A stretch of 61,807 nucleotides of DNA from a virus (IMGVR_UViG_3300042549_003657:1-61807), one strand, 5' to 3'. Counted from the first letter of the stretch, positions 43,703 to 51,699 are shown. Numbers and translations: made by a program. Notes: generated from the sequence alone by a model not told the origin.

Positions 43703-43971
43703 GGTTGGGTTCCTTTGGTTGCTTTGTTGATAGCGGCGGTTGCTGCTTTGTGCTCGTCCAAGTCGGGGTGGGTGATGTTCACCAGCGCTTGCAGTGCGGC
43801 CAGAAGGTCGGCGCTTGCGTCGTGTAGTCGCTTGCTCTGTATGTGGTTGATGTACACCTGACAGGGGCGTGCTTTACCTCGGTCTATGCGTGGGTCATCC
43901 CCGCAGTCGTTCAGGCAGTCGCACTGAGGGAGGGGTTTGGTGGGTTGTGTGGTTTTGTTTGTGGTTGTCAT
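43699..43971 (-). CDS. Hypothetical protein
   Basis: GAGG RBS; CDCLNDCGDDP; ASADLLAALQAL..ATAAINKA motif. Confidence 0.68.
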   Translation of the reverse strand: MTTTNKTTQPTKPLPQCDCLNDCGDDPRIDRGKARPCQVYINHIQSKRLHDASADLLAALQALVNITHPDLDEHKAATAAINKATKGTQP

Positions 43972-44666
43972 GCTGGTACCTCGTAATCGTGAAAGACAAC
44001 GCCTTTGGTGGCGTCGCCCACTTTGCAAGCCTTAACCCAGCAAGTTTTTCCACTCGGCAATCGTCTCATGTGACCACGGCGATCATGCAACCTGGGGCTT
44101 GCGTGAGTGCCGCCTTGATAGTCGGCCTTTGGCTTTGTTGGTTCAACCTTAACAGTCACCCAGTCGAACGTCGGCGATTTGCCTTCGGCAATCTTGCGTC
44201 GGTTTGTGAAGCTCATCTTCACGCTGGGTTTGTATGCGTCGCTGCCTTGGTTCAGTGTCCCGTACCATAGAGCCACCAATCGCAGCATCACCTCTTTGTC
44301 TGTTGGCTCGATGTGCTCACCGTCTGAATTCCCAGCGTGCAGCACGCCATCCTTTACAACGTATTTGAGCAAGGGAAACCTACGGGGTCTCTGTCCATTT
44401 TTTCCGACCCAAGCCGAAACCACAATGCCATCTTCCGGATCGGTTCCGACTACGCTTAAGAACACATCGTGTTTGCCGCTGTTGTTCTTCCCCTGCGCAA
44501 CCACCGCGCACTTATCAAACGGTGGCCGAGCATGGCTGAGTGTGAGTTGTAGCGCCTGCACATCGTCACGAGCAAACGCCCCGGATATATCGAACCACAT
44601 CAGCTCGGTCGGGTCTATATCGGCCATAGAGCAATACTTCACCCAGTCACGGATTAGAGGCGTCAT
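43968..44666 (-). CDS. Conserved hypothetical phage protein
   Basis: GGAG RBS; GGTHASPRLHDRRGHMRRL..WVK..VG..HDY C-terminal motif. Confidence 0.8.
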   Translation of the reverse strand: MTPLIRDWVKYCSMADIDPTELMWFDISGAFARDDVQALQLTLSHARPPFDKCAVVAQGKNNSGKHDVFLSVVGTDPEDGIVVSAWVGKNGQRPRRFPLLKYVVKDGVLHAGNSDGEHIEPTDKEVMLRLVALWYGTLNQGSDAYKPSVKMSFTNRRKIAEGKSPTFDWVTVKVEPTKPKADYQGGTHASPRLHDRRGHMRRLPSGKTCWVKACKVGDATKGVVFHDYEVPA

Positions 44667-44680
44667 GTTTTTCTCCAGTC

Positions 44681-45601
44681 TTATATAGAGGGTGTGCGGC
44701 CACGTACAAACTCTTCGCGGCGGTCGGCGGTCATGGTTACGTGTGCGGTCTGGATGGTGGTCAGTTCCTCGGGGGTCAAGAAAAGTGTCCAGTGGGGTGC
44801 GGGCACGATGTAAGGGGCGAGTTGTCCGGCATCGGCTGCGATGTCGAAGCGTTCCTGAGCGAGCGTGAGGAGGGTTACCTTGGTGTCGTAGAACGCGAGC
44901 GTCGAGGCGTGGATGGTCGTGCTGCTGGCCACTTTCTGCCGGGCTAGCTGGGTGCTGCGCGCTGCGGTCTTGAACACTGTCTGCCAGTAGTCGAACACTT
45001 TGGTGAGCATTGCGGGGTCGTTCACAGCGGTGCTCAAGACGCCATTCTTTACAGCCTTCTCGAACGCGGCGCGGGCTTGCTTGGCCAGGGCTCGGTCACT
45101 CTTACGGGCAGCGCTCTGCTGTGCTTTGCTGCGGCAGGTGTTGCAGGTCTTGGCCTTGGTCTTACGCACGGCCTGCGGGTTGTTCCACCCCCAGAGGCGG
45201 CGTTGCGCGGCGCTCACGGTCTTAAGGAACTCGGTCACGGGCTTGATCTCTCGACACTTCGGGCAGCGGTACATCCCCGGGCTACCCTCGACAGGCTGCG
45301 CACATGCTGCGCGTTGCTTCTCGCCCAGGTCAGGGCACCAGTCAGCGGCTAGGGCGCTCTTGCATAAGAGCTTGTGCAGCTTGGGGCCAGGGAACGCCTC
45401 CACCCCCTGGTGGTGGCTGAGGTGGGCGAGTGCTTCTAGTGCTAGCGTGAGGGCTTTGAACCGGGCGGGGTTGTCATTTTCTGGCGCTTGCTTTCGCATA
45501 CGAGCGAACAGGTCTCGTGCAGCTTCATAGGTGTGCACCTCGGTCGGGTAGGCCCATACGTACTTTCGTCGGGCGGGGTAGGGGATCTTTTCGGGGGTCA
45601 T
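44681..45601 (-). CDS. Hypothetical protein with a Zn finger
   Basis: CPKCREIKP..EF...CNTCR. Confidence 0.7.
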   Translation of the reverse strand: MTPEKIPYPARRKYVWAYPTEVHTYEAARDLFARMRKQAPENDNPARFKALTLALEALAHLSHHQGVEAFPGPKLHKLLCKSALAADWCPDLGEKQRAACAQPVEGSPGMYRCPKCREIKPVTEFLKTVSAAQRRLWGWNNPQAVRKTKAKTCNTCRSKAQQSAARKSDRALAKQARAAFEKAVKNGVLSTAVNDPAMLTKVFDYWQTVFKTAARSTQLARQKVASSTTIHASTLAFYDTKVTLLTLAQERFDIAADAGQLAPYIVPAPHWTLFLTPEELTTIQTAHVTMTADRREEFVRGRTPSI

Positions 45602-45615
45602 GTTATGCCTTCTGT

Positions 45616-46233
45616 TTATATCGTGATGGTTGCGTCTACTAGGACGTTGCGCACCTGCTCTGTCAGGTCGATGTCTGCTAGTGCCTCATCTATGCGGGTG
45701 TCTACTAGATCCCTGAGGACGTCTTCACGTTCCTGATCCCGGCTTGCGTTGGCGTGCTGCAGGCGGCCTACTTCATCTTCTAGGACTTGTATGCGAGCGT
45801 TCAGCGCGTCTTCCTGTGCTGTGTTTATCAAGCTGAGGGTGTCTAGGCGCTTCTCTAGTTTGTTGATGCGGTCGCGTAGCTCCAGCTCGACGGCTTCCCG
45901 CTCCGCGAGGGCTGTTACACATCGTTTCTCTAGGAGGCGTATTTGCTCGTGGCATCGCACTACAACGGACTCCACCTCTTTGCGACTGTTGTTGACGTGA
46001 CTCGCGGCAGCTTTTAAATCGTCGAGCCCTTCTTCTATCGCGGCATGCTGCGCATCCGCCTGGGCACGGTTCGTCAGCATGTGCTGTGCGATACCGGCTA
46101 AGTCAGCGTCAAGGGTCGCAATCCTGTCTTCTATCGCGGCCTGAACAGCCGCCTGTATTGTTTGCTTCAGGGCCAGCGTGATGAGGGCGTTCAGGCTGGA
46201 AGTGTCAGTCGTATTGATGATCATTGCATCCAT
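45616..46233 (-). CDS. Coiled-coil protein
   Basis: Heptad-rich 205-aa ORF on the coding strand. Confidence 0.7.
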   Translation of the reverse strand: MDAMIINTTDTSSLNALITLALKQTIQAAVQAAIEDRIATLDADLAGIAQHMLTNRAQADAQHAAIEEGLDDLKAAASHVNNSRKEVESVVVRCHEQIRLLEKRCVTALAEREAVELELRDRINKLEKRLDTLSLINTAQEDALNARIQVLEDEVGRLQHANASRDQEREDVLRDLVDTRIDEALADIDLTEQVRNVLVDATITI

Positions 46234-46278
46234 GAGGTGTTCTCGATTAAATGGTTGGTTGGGTTAAGAGTTTATTCC

Positions 46279-46305
46279 AGAAGTGTGACATGGTGTCACA
46301 CTTCT
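46279..46305. promoter_or_regulatory. Palindromic element, copy 1
   Basis: agaagtgtgac-atggt-gtcacacttct, intergenic. Confidence 0.75.
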
Positions 46306-46318
46306 TATTTTGTGTTGC

Positions 46319-46984
46319 TTAGATTGTCCAGGCTGGTGAGCTTGGCATCCCTTCCATCGGCCCGTTGATCGGGCTGACCCATGCGCAGGTGGTGCCGTGC
46401 ATATCGAGCCATGCGAAGCCGCACGTCCCCAGCGTACCGGGGCGCACCAGCGTGCCGACGTGTTCCTTTCTGTTGCCTTTGATGATGTGCGCAGCGTTGT
46501 CGATGAGTGCGAGGTATCGGGGATCGTATGCCACGGGCTCGTGGCTGTATTCGTGACGTGCGACACGGCGCCAGTTAACGTACTTCCAGTCCATCTCGGC
46601 TACGCGTTGCTCGTGAATGCCGGTCGAGGTCACGGTGTGGATGCTGGCTATGCGTTGGGTGCCTCCGCCGTATTGGCCGGGCTGATCGGGCAGCGTGATG
46701 CTGAATGCGGCGGTTTTCGTTTTGGCCAGTTTGACAAGATCCGCCACTACATCAGGCGGGAGAATGAACTGCGTCTCGGTTGCCGGGAGAGTGCCGACGA
46801 TGTCGCCGGCGCCCACCTTCGACACGGCCAGCGCGTGGCCATTGGTTGCGATGATGTAAGCCCCCTTAGGGCCTGTCTCAATACACACCCCCGTGAGGTA
46901 CATGCGTATATCTATAGCAGCGCGGATTGAGGCAACAGCCGCGAAGTGCTTAGCGTTGATTGTCAGATTGAGGTGGGTTGTCAT
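46319..46984 (-). CDS. DNA polymerase III beta-clamp-like protein (truncated, about 2 domains)
   Basis: GGAG RBS; DIRMYLTGVCIE..IIATNGHALAV resembles the DnaN central-domain motif; KYVNWRRV and YDPRYL. Confidence 0.7.
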   Translation of the reverse strand: MTTHLNLTINAKHFAAVASIRAAIDIRMYLTGVCIETGPKGAYIIATNGHALAVSKVGAGDIVGTLPATETQFILPPDVVADLVKLAKTKTAAFSITLPDQPGQYGGGTQRIASIHTVTSTGIHEQRVAEMDWKYVNWRRVARHEYSHEPVAYDPRYLALIDNAAHIIKGNRKEHVGTLVRPGTLGTCGFAWLDMHGTTCAWVSPINGPMEGMPSSPAWTI

Positions 46985-47074
46985 GGTGTAGGTTCTCCGT
47001 GGGTGGTTGTGTGCGCTGCGTAGCAGCAGCGCGGGGGATTAACACTGGTCGGGCTTGGCCCGATATGGGCGCGG

Positions 47075-47431
47075 TTACCCGCCACAGGCGCGGTCTTCGC
47101 GTTGTGCCTTTGCGTCAATGTCGTTCTGATAGTCGCGCTCCGACTCGCGTAGCTCTTCGTCGCTGAACACCTGATCGGGGCGGTAGCGTATGAAATGCTC
47201 GATAGCGCGGGTGATGTCGGCGCGGGTTGTGTTGCGGTCGGCTAACCATTGCTCGCAAAGATTCCACCCTTCGAGGCATTCGTCCGTTAACTCTTCGGCT
47301 GTGTAGCGTTTGAGAAGGATCGACACGTCCTCGGGGTCGTTGTGCCCGTCTGATGTTATGTAGACGTATGCGATATGGGCGCATAGTTGTGCGGGGGTGG
47401 TGTGAGCCGTGTTTTGGAATTCGAATGTCAT
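47075..47431 (-). CDS. Hypothetical protein
   Basis: AAGGA RBS; 118 aa. Confidence 0.65.
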   Translation of the reverse strand: MTFEFQNTAHTTPAQLCAHIAYVYITSDGHNDPEDVSILLKRYTAEELTDECLEGWNLCEQWLADRNTTRADITRAIEHFIRYRPDQVFSDEELRESERDYQNDIDAKAQREDRACGG

Positions 47432-47449
47432 GGTGTGGTTCCTTTGAGT

Positions 47450-47647
47450 TTATTTAGTGGGGAGCTTTATCGGCTTTGACCTTGTCGCAACGTCGCGTGC
47501 GCCAACACTGGGGACGGGGTTACCCATAGCGCGGCGGCGCATGGCCCAGCAAAACTGCCAATAGTGTTCGGGGATTTCTTTCGGCACGCGCCCGTCGGGC
47601 GTGGTCAGTCTCAAAATGTCGGCGAACGCGTTGGTTTGATAGCGCAT
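47450..47647 (-). CDS. Hypothetical protein
   Basis: AAGGA RBS; 65 aa. Confidence 0.6.
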   Translation of the reverse strand: MRYQTNAFADILRLTTPDGRVPKEIPEHYWQFCWAMRRRAMGNPVPSVGARDVATRSKPIKLPTK

Positions 47648-47693
47648 GGTGCGGGTTCCTTGTGGGTGAGTGAAGGTGGTTGAGGTTGTCTAG

Positions 47694-47720
47694 AAAAGTG
47701 TGACGTGGTGTCACACTTTT
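47694..47720. promoter_or_regulatory. Palindromic element, copy 2
   Basis: aaaagtgtgac-gtggt-gtcacactttt, intergenic. Confidence 0.75.
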
Positions 47721-47735
47721 TATTTGTTGATCGAA

Positions 47736-48068
47736 CTAGCGGCAATTCCAGAGTTCTTCGAGCGCAGCATCAAGGCCGATGTTGTCGGTAAAAGGCGCTG
47801 TCGCGCGCTCACCCCACCAAGCCCCCTCAACAGTGTTTGTGCGCGTGTTTATCCAGATATCAGGCCCGCCGAAGGCAACAAGGACTCTCGCGCCCAGGTA
47901 TTCAGCCTTGGCATTGACGACGTATTCGATATCGAGCGCACCTTGCAGGTAGTCAAATGCGCTGAACTCACCCTCTGATTCGACGTCGCGGCCTTCATTC
48001 CACTCAGCGGGGGGGCTGGTCAGATTTTCGGCGATAGACTGGACGTGGCTCTTGAGTTCGTTAATCAT
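47736..48068 (-). CDS. Conserved acidic hypothetical protein
   Basis: AAGGA RBS; DYL..ALDIEY..YLGARVLVAFGGPDIWINT..VEGAWW. Confidence 0.75.
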   Translation of the reverse strand: MINELKSHVQSIAENLTSPPAEWNEGRDVESEGEFSAFDYLQGALDIEYVVNAKAEYLGARVLVAFGGPDIWINTRTNTVEGAWWGERATAPFTDNIGLDAALEELWNCR

Positions 48069-48098
48069 GATGTTTTCCTTTGGGTTGGTGGGTGGTTG

Positions 48099-48125
48099 AA
48101 AAGTGTGACGTGGTGTCACACTTTT
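48099..48125. promoter_or_regulatory. Palindromic element, copy 3
   Basis: aaaagtgtgac-gtggt-gtcacactttt, intergenic. Confidence 0.75.
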
Positions 48126-48128
48126 TAT

Positions 48129-48368
48129 TTACAGGGGTTGATAGGCTTTTGCTGCTTTGTGGGCGCCGGAATAACTGCCCCATGTGCGCACACCCCCGGC
48201 GGTGGTGTGCAGGTAGCCGTACTCGGTGCCGCACACTGCATAGCGTACTTCTGGGGCGGGAGCCCATGAAAACTGACTTGTGGGGGTTCTAAAGCGCACA
48301 ACCGTAGGCTTTGCGTACGAGCGGGGGTGGATGTCGGCCCAAAGGGGGATGGTTTTGGTGGGGGTCAT
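48129..48368 (-). CDS. Hypothetical protein
   Basis: AAGGA RBS; YGYLHTTAGGVRTW.SYSGA. Confidence 0.7.
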   Translation of the reverse strand: MTPTKTIPLWADIHPRSYAKPTVVRFRTPTSQFSWAPAPEVRYAVCGTEYGYLHTTAGGVRTWGSYSGAHKAAKAYQPL

Positions 48369-48405
48369 AGTGTGTTTTCCTTCGCTTTGTTGATCCGATG
48401 ACTAG

Positions 48406-48434
48406 ATTGTGCCACAGAATAAATTGCTAGGCAA
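48406..48434 (-). promoter_or_regulatory. Putative sigma70 early promoter
   Basis: TTGCCT-17 bp-CACAAT with extended TG, upstream of the leftward gene array. Confidence 0.6.
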
Positions 48435-48514
48435 GAGTTTATTTCACTTTTTTGTGTTGTATTTTAGCAACATAAAAGGTTCTGTCCGAATGAAAAGGTT
48501 GTGAGCAAAATTGA

Positions 48515-48741
48515 GGAGAGCAAGCGTTCATGCGGGTTTGCGGGGGTTCTGGCTTTATAGACTCGTTTGACATCGAAAACACACGGAATTCTGAGCGTGA
48601 GGATCCACGCGGGTTGGCGGGGAGGTCATAAAAAGAGGGGGGGGGGTACTGGCCTAATATTTCAATTTCGGGCATTCTAAAGATTGGCAAGGAATGGCTG
48701 GAGAGTAAGCGTTCATGCGGGTTTGGGGGGGTTCTGGCTTT
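48515..48741. repeat. 42-bp direct repeat (48515-48556 and 48700-48741; 40/42 identical) in an AT-rich non-coding region
   Basis: ggagagYaagcgttcatgcgggtttgSgggggttctggcttt; partial third copy near 48928-48943. Confidence 0.9.
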
Positions 48742-49253
48742 CCGACGGACTTTTTCCCCACATTAAAATCAATCCAAAATTTTCTTTCTTTTTTTCTTTT
48801 TCAAACAAACAAACAAACGAGCGCAAAGGAAAAAAAACGAAAAAAGAGGAAAAAGTGGGGCTTATATATAAATCTCTTTTAATAGATATATGTAGATAGG
48901 TAGGAAAGCCAGTTCCCATCGAACACTAGCATCCATGCGGGTTACAGGCCGACGCTTGCCAATCTTTAATTGGGATTGTTGAAAAATGAAAACTCTAAAG
49001 TGTATGTAACAGTTTATTTTGTGTAAGATTGGCATTTTAGCCTTAAGGGGCTGGGCGTTTCCGACCAGTGTCATTTTCCGCGGTAGAAAATTCGTTCGAC
49101 GACGTGGGGATGGGTGCGAAAGTGTGCCGCAGTTATGCGCAGAGCGTCGCGATAGGGGGTGCGCTGAATGTTAAGTAAAAACGTGAGGTAGCTATTTATT
49201 TGAGTGTACATAGTGTGAAAATTCAGACACTTGTCTGAAAAATTTGTGGACAC

Positions 49254-49283
49254 AAAAAAGCCCTCACGGGTTGCGTGAGGGCT
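49254..49283 (-). terminator. Rho-independent terminator
   Basis: Minus strand agccctcacg-caacc-cgtgagggct followed by a U tract. Confidence 0.85.
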
Positions 49284-49301
49284 GATGGGGGATGGGTAAG
49301 G

Positions 49302-49376
49302 CTAGAGGTACTGAGCGAAAACGTACCCGGCGACTGCGCCTAGAAATAGCGCAAAGAGAACATCGGCGCGGCTCAT
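49302..49376 (-). CDS. Possible 24-aa single-TM peptide
   Basis: MSRADVLFALFLGAVAGYVFAQYL; ATGA overlap with the upstream gene; ends just before the terminator. Confidence 0.45.
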   Translation of the reverse strand: MSRADVLFALFLGAVAGYVFAQYL

Positions 49377-49648
49377 GCTACGCCATCCTCGCCGTAGGCT
49401 GAAGGGATGGATCGGCCCGAGTGTGCACACTCTATCGGCGCACCCTCCCAATAGATGAACACTTCGCGTGGCTCCCATGCCCTATCACTGCCGGGGCTTT
49501 GCATAGCACGCCGCACAAGGCGGTAATTCTCCCGCGTGCTCTGTGCGTCTATACACGCACCATCGGCCATGAGTAGGGCCATTTGATAGCCCCCCGGCCA
49601 TGCGATACCGCCTGAGCGGACGAAGTTTTGGATCTGTTCTAGTGTCAT
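49373..49648 (-). CDS. Conserved hypothetical protein
   Basis: GGAG RBS; AWPGGY..DGAC..YWEG..CAH...IPSAYG. Confidence 0.75.
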   Translation of the reverse strand: MTLEQIQNFVRSGGIAWPGGYQMALLMADGACIDAQSTRENYRLVRRAMQSPGSDRAWEPREVFIYWEGAPIECAHSGRSIPSAYGEDGVA

Positions 49649-49698
49649 GTTGTGATTCTCCGATGGTTTAAGAGGGGGGCATTCGCCCCCGGGGGTGT

Positions 49699-50259
49699 TT
49701 ACTTCGAAGCTTTGATAGTCGCGAAAGCCTTTGAGAGGGCCTTATTCGCAAGCTTACGATCCATGCCATATGCTTGGATCAACTGCAACATAGCAGCGAC
49801 TTGCTCGGGGGATGCCTCGGGGGTAGCTTCTGCCTCGGCTTCGCCCTCTGTGGTCTCTTCGGAGGCTTCCGCAACAGCTGCGGCATGATCGTTCTGTTCC
49901 CCGACAATGACGTTAACCAAACGATCTAAGGCCTTGCCCGCCCGCATGCTGGAGGGCGCAGAAGAAGAGAGCATTTTTTTGCCGCTACTCTTCGCTGTTT
50001 TCCACGGACAGCCATAGTACGCAGCGACCTCGGGGAGGAGCATATCGCGCACAGCCTCGGGAGTCTGACCGACAAAGAACCCTGCGAGTTTATCTCGCAC
50101 AAGGTCGGCGGTGTCCATGCATTCCAGCGCCCGCTTAACGGTCGCTTTGTAGTCCCATTTCCCCTCCTCGAGGGTTGTCATGTGCTTATCGTGGCCACAG
50201 GTGCGCAGGGCTTTGGGGGTGTTGTTTTCAACGGCAGGGAATAGGACGGGCTTAGTCAT
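49699..50259 (-). CDS. Hypothetical protein (first early gene)
   Basis: GGAG RBS; directly downstream of a strong promoter. Confidence 0.72.
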   Translation of the reverse strand: MTKPVLFPAVENNTPKALRTCGHDKHMTTLEEGKWDYKATVKRALECMDTADLVRDKLAGFFVGQTPEAVRDMLLPEVAAYYGCPWKTAKSSGKKMLSSSAPSSMRAGKALDRLVNVIVGEQNDHAAAVAEASEETTEGEAEAEATPEASPEQVAAMLQLIQAYGMDRKLANKALSKAFATIKASK

Positions 50260-50393
50260 AGTGAAGTCTCCACAAAGTTAAGTTTTCAGACAATTGTCGG
50301 AATTTTCGTTTTGCTTCGCGTGGTGTGGTGTCGAACCCCTGACACCCCCGAACATCCACGCGTCGCTCCGAAAACCCTTACAGCGTGGAATAG

Positions 50394-50422
50394 ATCATAC
50401 GCCTAATAAAAGGATCGGTCAA
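50394..50422 (-). promoter_or_regulatory. Strong sigma70-type early promoter
   Basis: TTGACC-17 bp-TATGAT with an AT-rich UP-like tract upstream. Confidence 0.75.
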
Positions 50423-50547
50423 CAGTTTATTTGTAACAGTGAATAAATTGTTCGTTAACTATTTAACGTCGGGGGTTCGGGGTGGATCGGCTTGCGTGGC
50501 CCTACCCTATTGCCTAATTAGCTACTCAGCTAAATGCCTATGCTGCA

Positions 50548-50622
50548 CCAAGCCAAGCCAAGCCAAGCCAAGCCAAGCCAAGCCAAGCCAAGCCAAGCCA
50601 AGCCAAGCCAAGCCAAGCCAAG
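50548..50622. repeat. Microsatellite (CCAAG)15
   Basis: Perfect 5-bp tandem repeat, 75 bp. Confidence 0.97.
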
Positions 50623-50740
50623 CGACCGCACAGCGATTCCAGCCAATCGGCCCAGGCGCGACCCCACCGTACCGGCACCCCCCGCTGTATGACGATGGCA
50701 GGGGCGCTTAGCAGGAACAGTATTTCACAACCACGCTATA

Positions 50741-50855
50741 CAGTTATGCCAATTTAAGTAAGATAGAAGCCAGGCGCAGTTATGCCAATTTAAGTAAGAG
50801 CTGCGCAATGCGTGTTATGCCTTTTTAGCTAATGCCCTTGTGGTTCGCGTTATGC
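50741..50855. repeat. 23-bp direct repeat (2 copies) plus GTTATGC cores phased at 35-36 bp
   Basis: cagttatgccaatttaagtaaga at 50741 and 50777; GTTATGC at 50743, 50779, 50814 and 50849. Confidence 0.88.
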
Positions 50856-50944
50856 TCTTGAGGTTGCATTTTGAATAATTAGACCCCCCACCCCCACTGC
50901 AAAAATTTTGCACAACCTTTTGTAAAACTTTAGACAAGCACAAG

Positions 50945-50973
50945 AAAAAAAGCCCGCTTGAAACCAAGCGGGC
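50945..50973 (-). terminator. Rho-independent terminator oriented against the late operon
   Basis: Minus strand gcccgcttg-gttt-caagcgggc-ttttttt. Confidence 0.8.
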
Positions 50974-51023
50974 AACGGAGGAGTATGAAACAGACTAACA
51001 GGAGAGAGATGTGCGCAAAGCGC
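50945..51023 (-). ncRNA. Putative ~80-nt antisense small RNA
   Basis: TTGCCT-17-TACATT promoter (51058-51030), terminator at 50945-50973, UCUCCU and ACUCCUCC motifs in between, no minus-strand ORF. Confidence 0.45.
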
Positions 51024-51081
51024 AAAGTAAATGTACACTGCGGTCAACGAGAAGGCAAATATGTCATCTACGCATACGCAA

Positions 51082-51699
51082 ATGTTTGAGAACTTGGTGC
51101 AATTCGAGCCTGAAATATCACCGGCAGGCAACTTCACTCCTATTGAACAGATAGGCGCTTCTACTATGCTCGACGCTCAATTAGAGACGGCGGCATGGCT
51201 GGAAGACCTCGGAGTCCCCTCAGACAAAGACGTAGACGACAAGCAGCAAACCAAAGCCGCACGGACAGCCTTCACCGCGCTTAATTTCGATCTCAGCAGC
51301 GCAACGCAGAAGCAAGCCCTTGCCGCTATAAAGACGCCTGCCGCAGTGCAGCACCTCACAGGAATGCTGACGGCCTATGATTGGGACTTCATCCATCAGG
51401 CCAAGGAACTGCGCGGCTACGCTGTAGCAAAGATTGTCGAAGAGACAACCAACCCCAACGCTAACATCAGGCTGAAAGCCTTGCAGATGCTTGGCAACGT
51501 GACGGAGGTTGCACTCTTTACTGAGCGCGTGGAAGTCACCAAGAAGGACGCCAGCGAAGAAGAGATCGAGAAGCGCCTGCGCGAGCGCTTGGCTAAGTTC
51601 ATCACCAACATCCCGTCCAGCGCCACGCCGGCAGAAGTTATCGACGTGAAGTCCATCGACGCTGAGATCGGTCAAGTCGTAGAGCGCCGGGATGCTTGA
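51082..51699 (+). CDS. terS: Terminase small subunit (putative; start uncertain among 51031, 51061 and 51082)
   Basis: Immediately upstream of and overlapping TerL; IRLKALQMLG..VALFTERVEV helical C-terminal motif. Confidence 0.6.
   Translation: MFENLVQFEPEISPAGNFTPIEQIGASTMLDAQLETAAWLEDLGVPSDKDVDDKQQTKAARTAFTALNFDLSSATQKQALAAIKTPAAVQHLTGMLTAYDWDFIHQAKELRGYAVAKIVEETTNPNANIRLKALQMLGNVTEVALFTERVEVTKKDASEEEIEKRLRERLAKFITNIPSSATPAEVIDVKSIDAEIGQVVERRDA

Noticed and set aside
46279-48125. Palindromic repeats read as CRISPR repeats or canonical CRP sites
   Set aside because: The copies are separated by whole genes (about 400-1400 bp), and the TGTGA/TCACA spacing is 7 rather than 6.
48439-49253. Short ORFs in the AT-rich region
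   Set aside because: Low-complexity translations of homopolymer tracts and repeats, lacking RBSs; better explained as non-coding origin or control DNA.
50439-50711. 90-aa ORF with (AKPSQ)n
   Set aside because: A translation of the CCAAG microsatellite with no RBS.
50741-50855. Possible mini CRISPR array (23-bp repeats), given the Cas4-like gene
   Set aside because: Only two full repeats with a 13-bp spacer and no cas operon; the PD-(D/E)XK nuclease sits in the replication module, as is common in phages.
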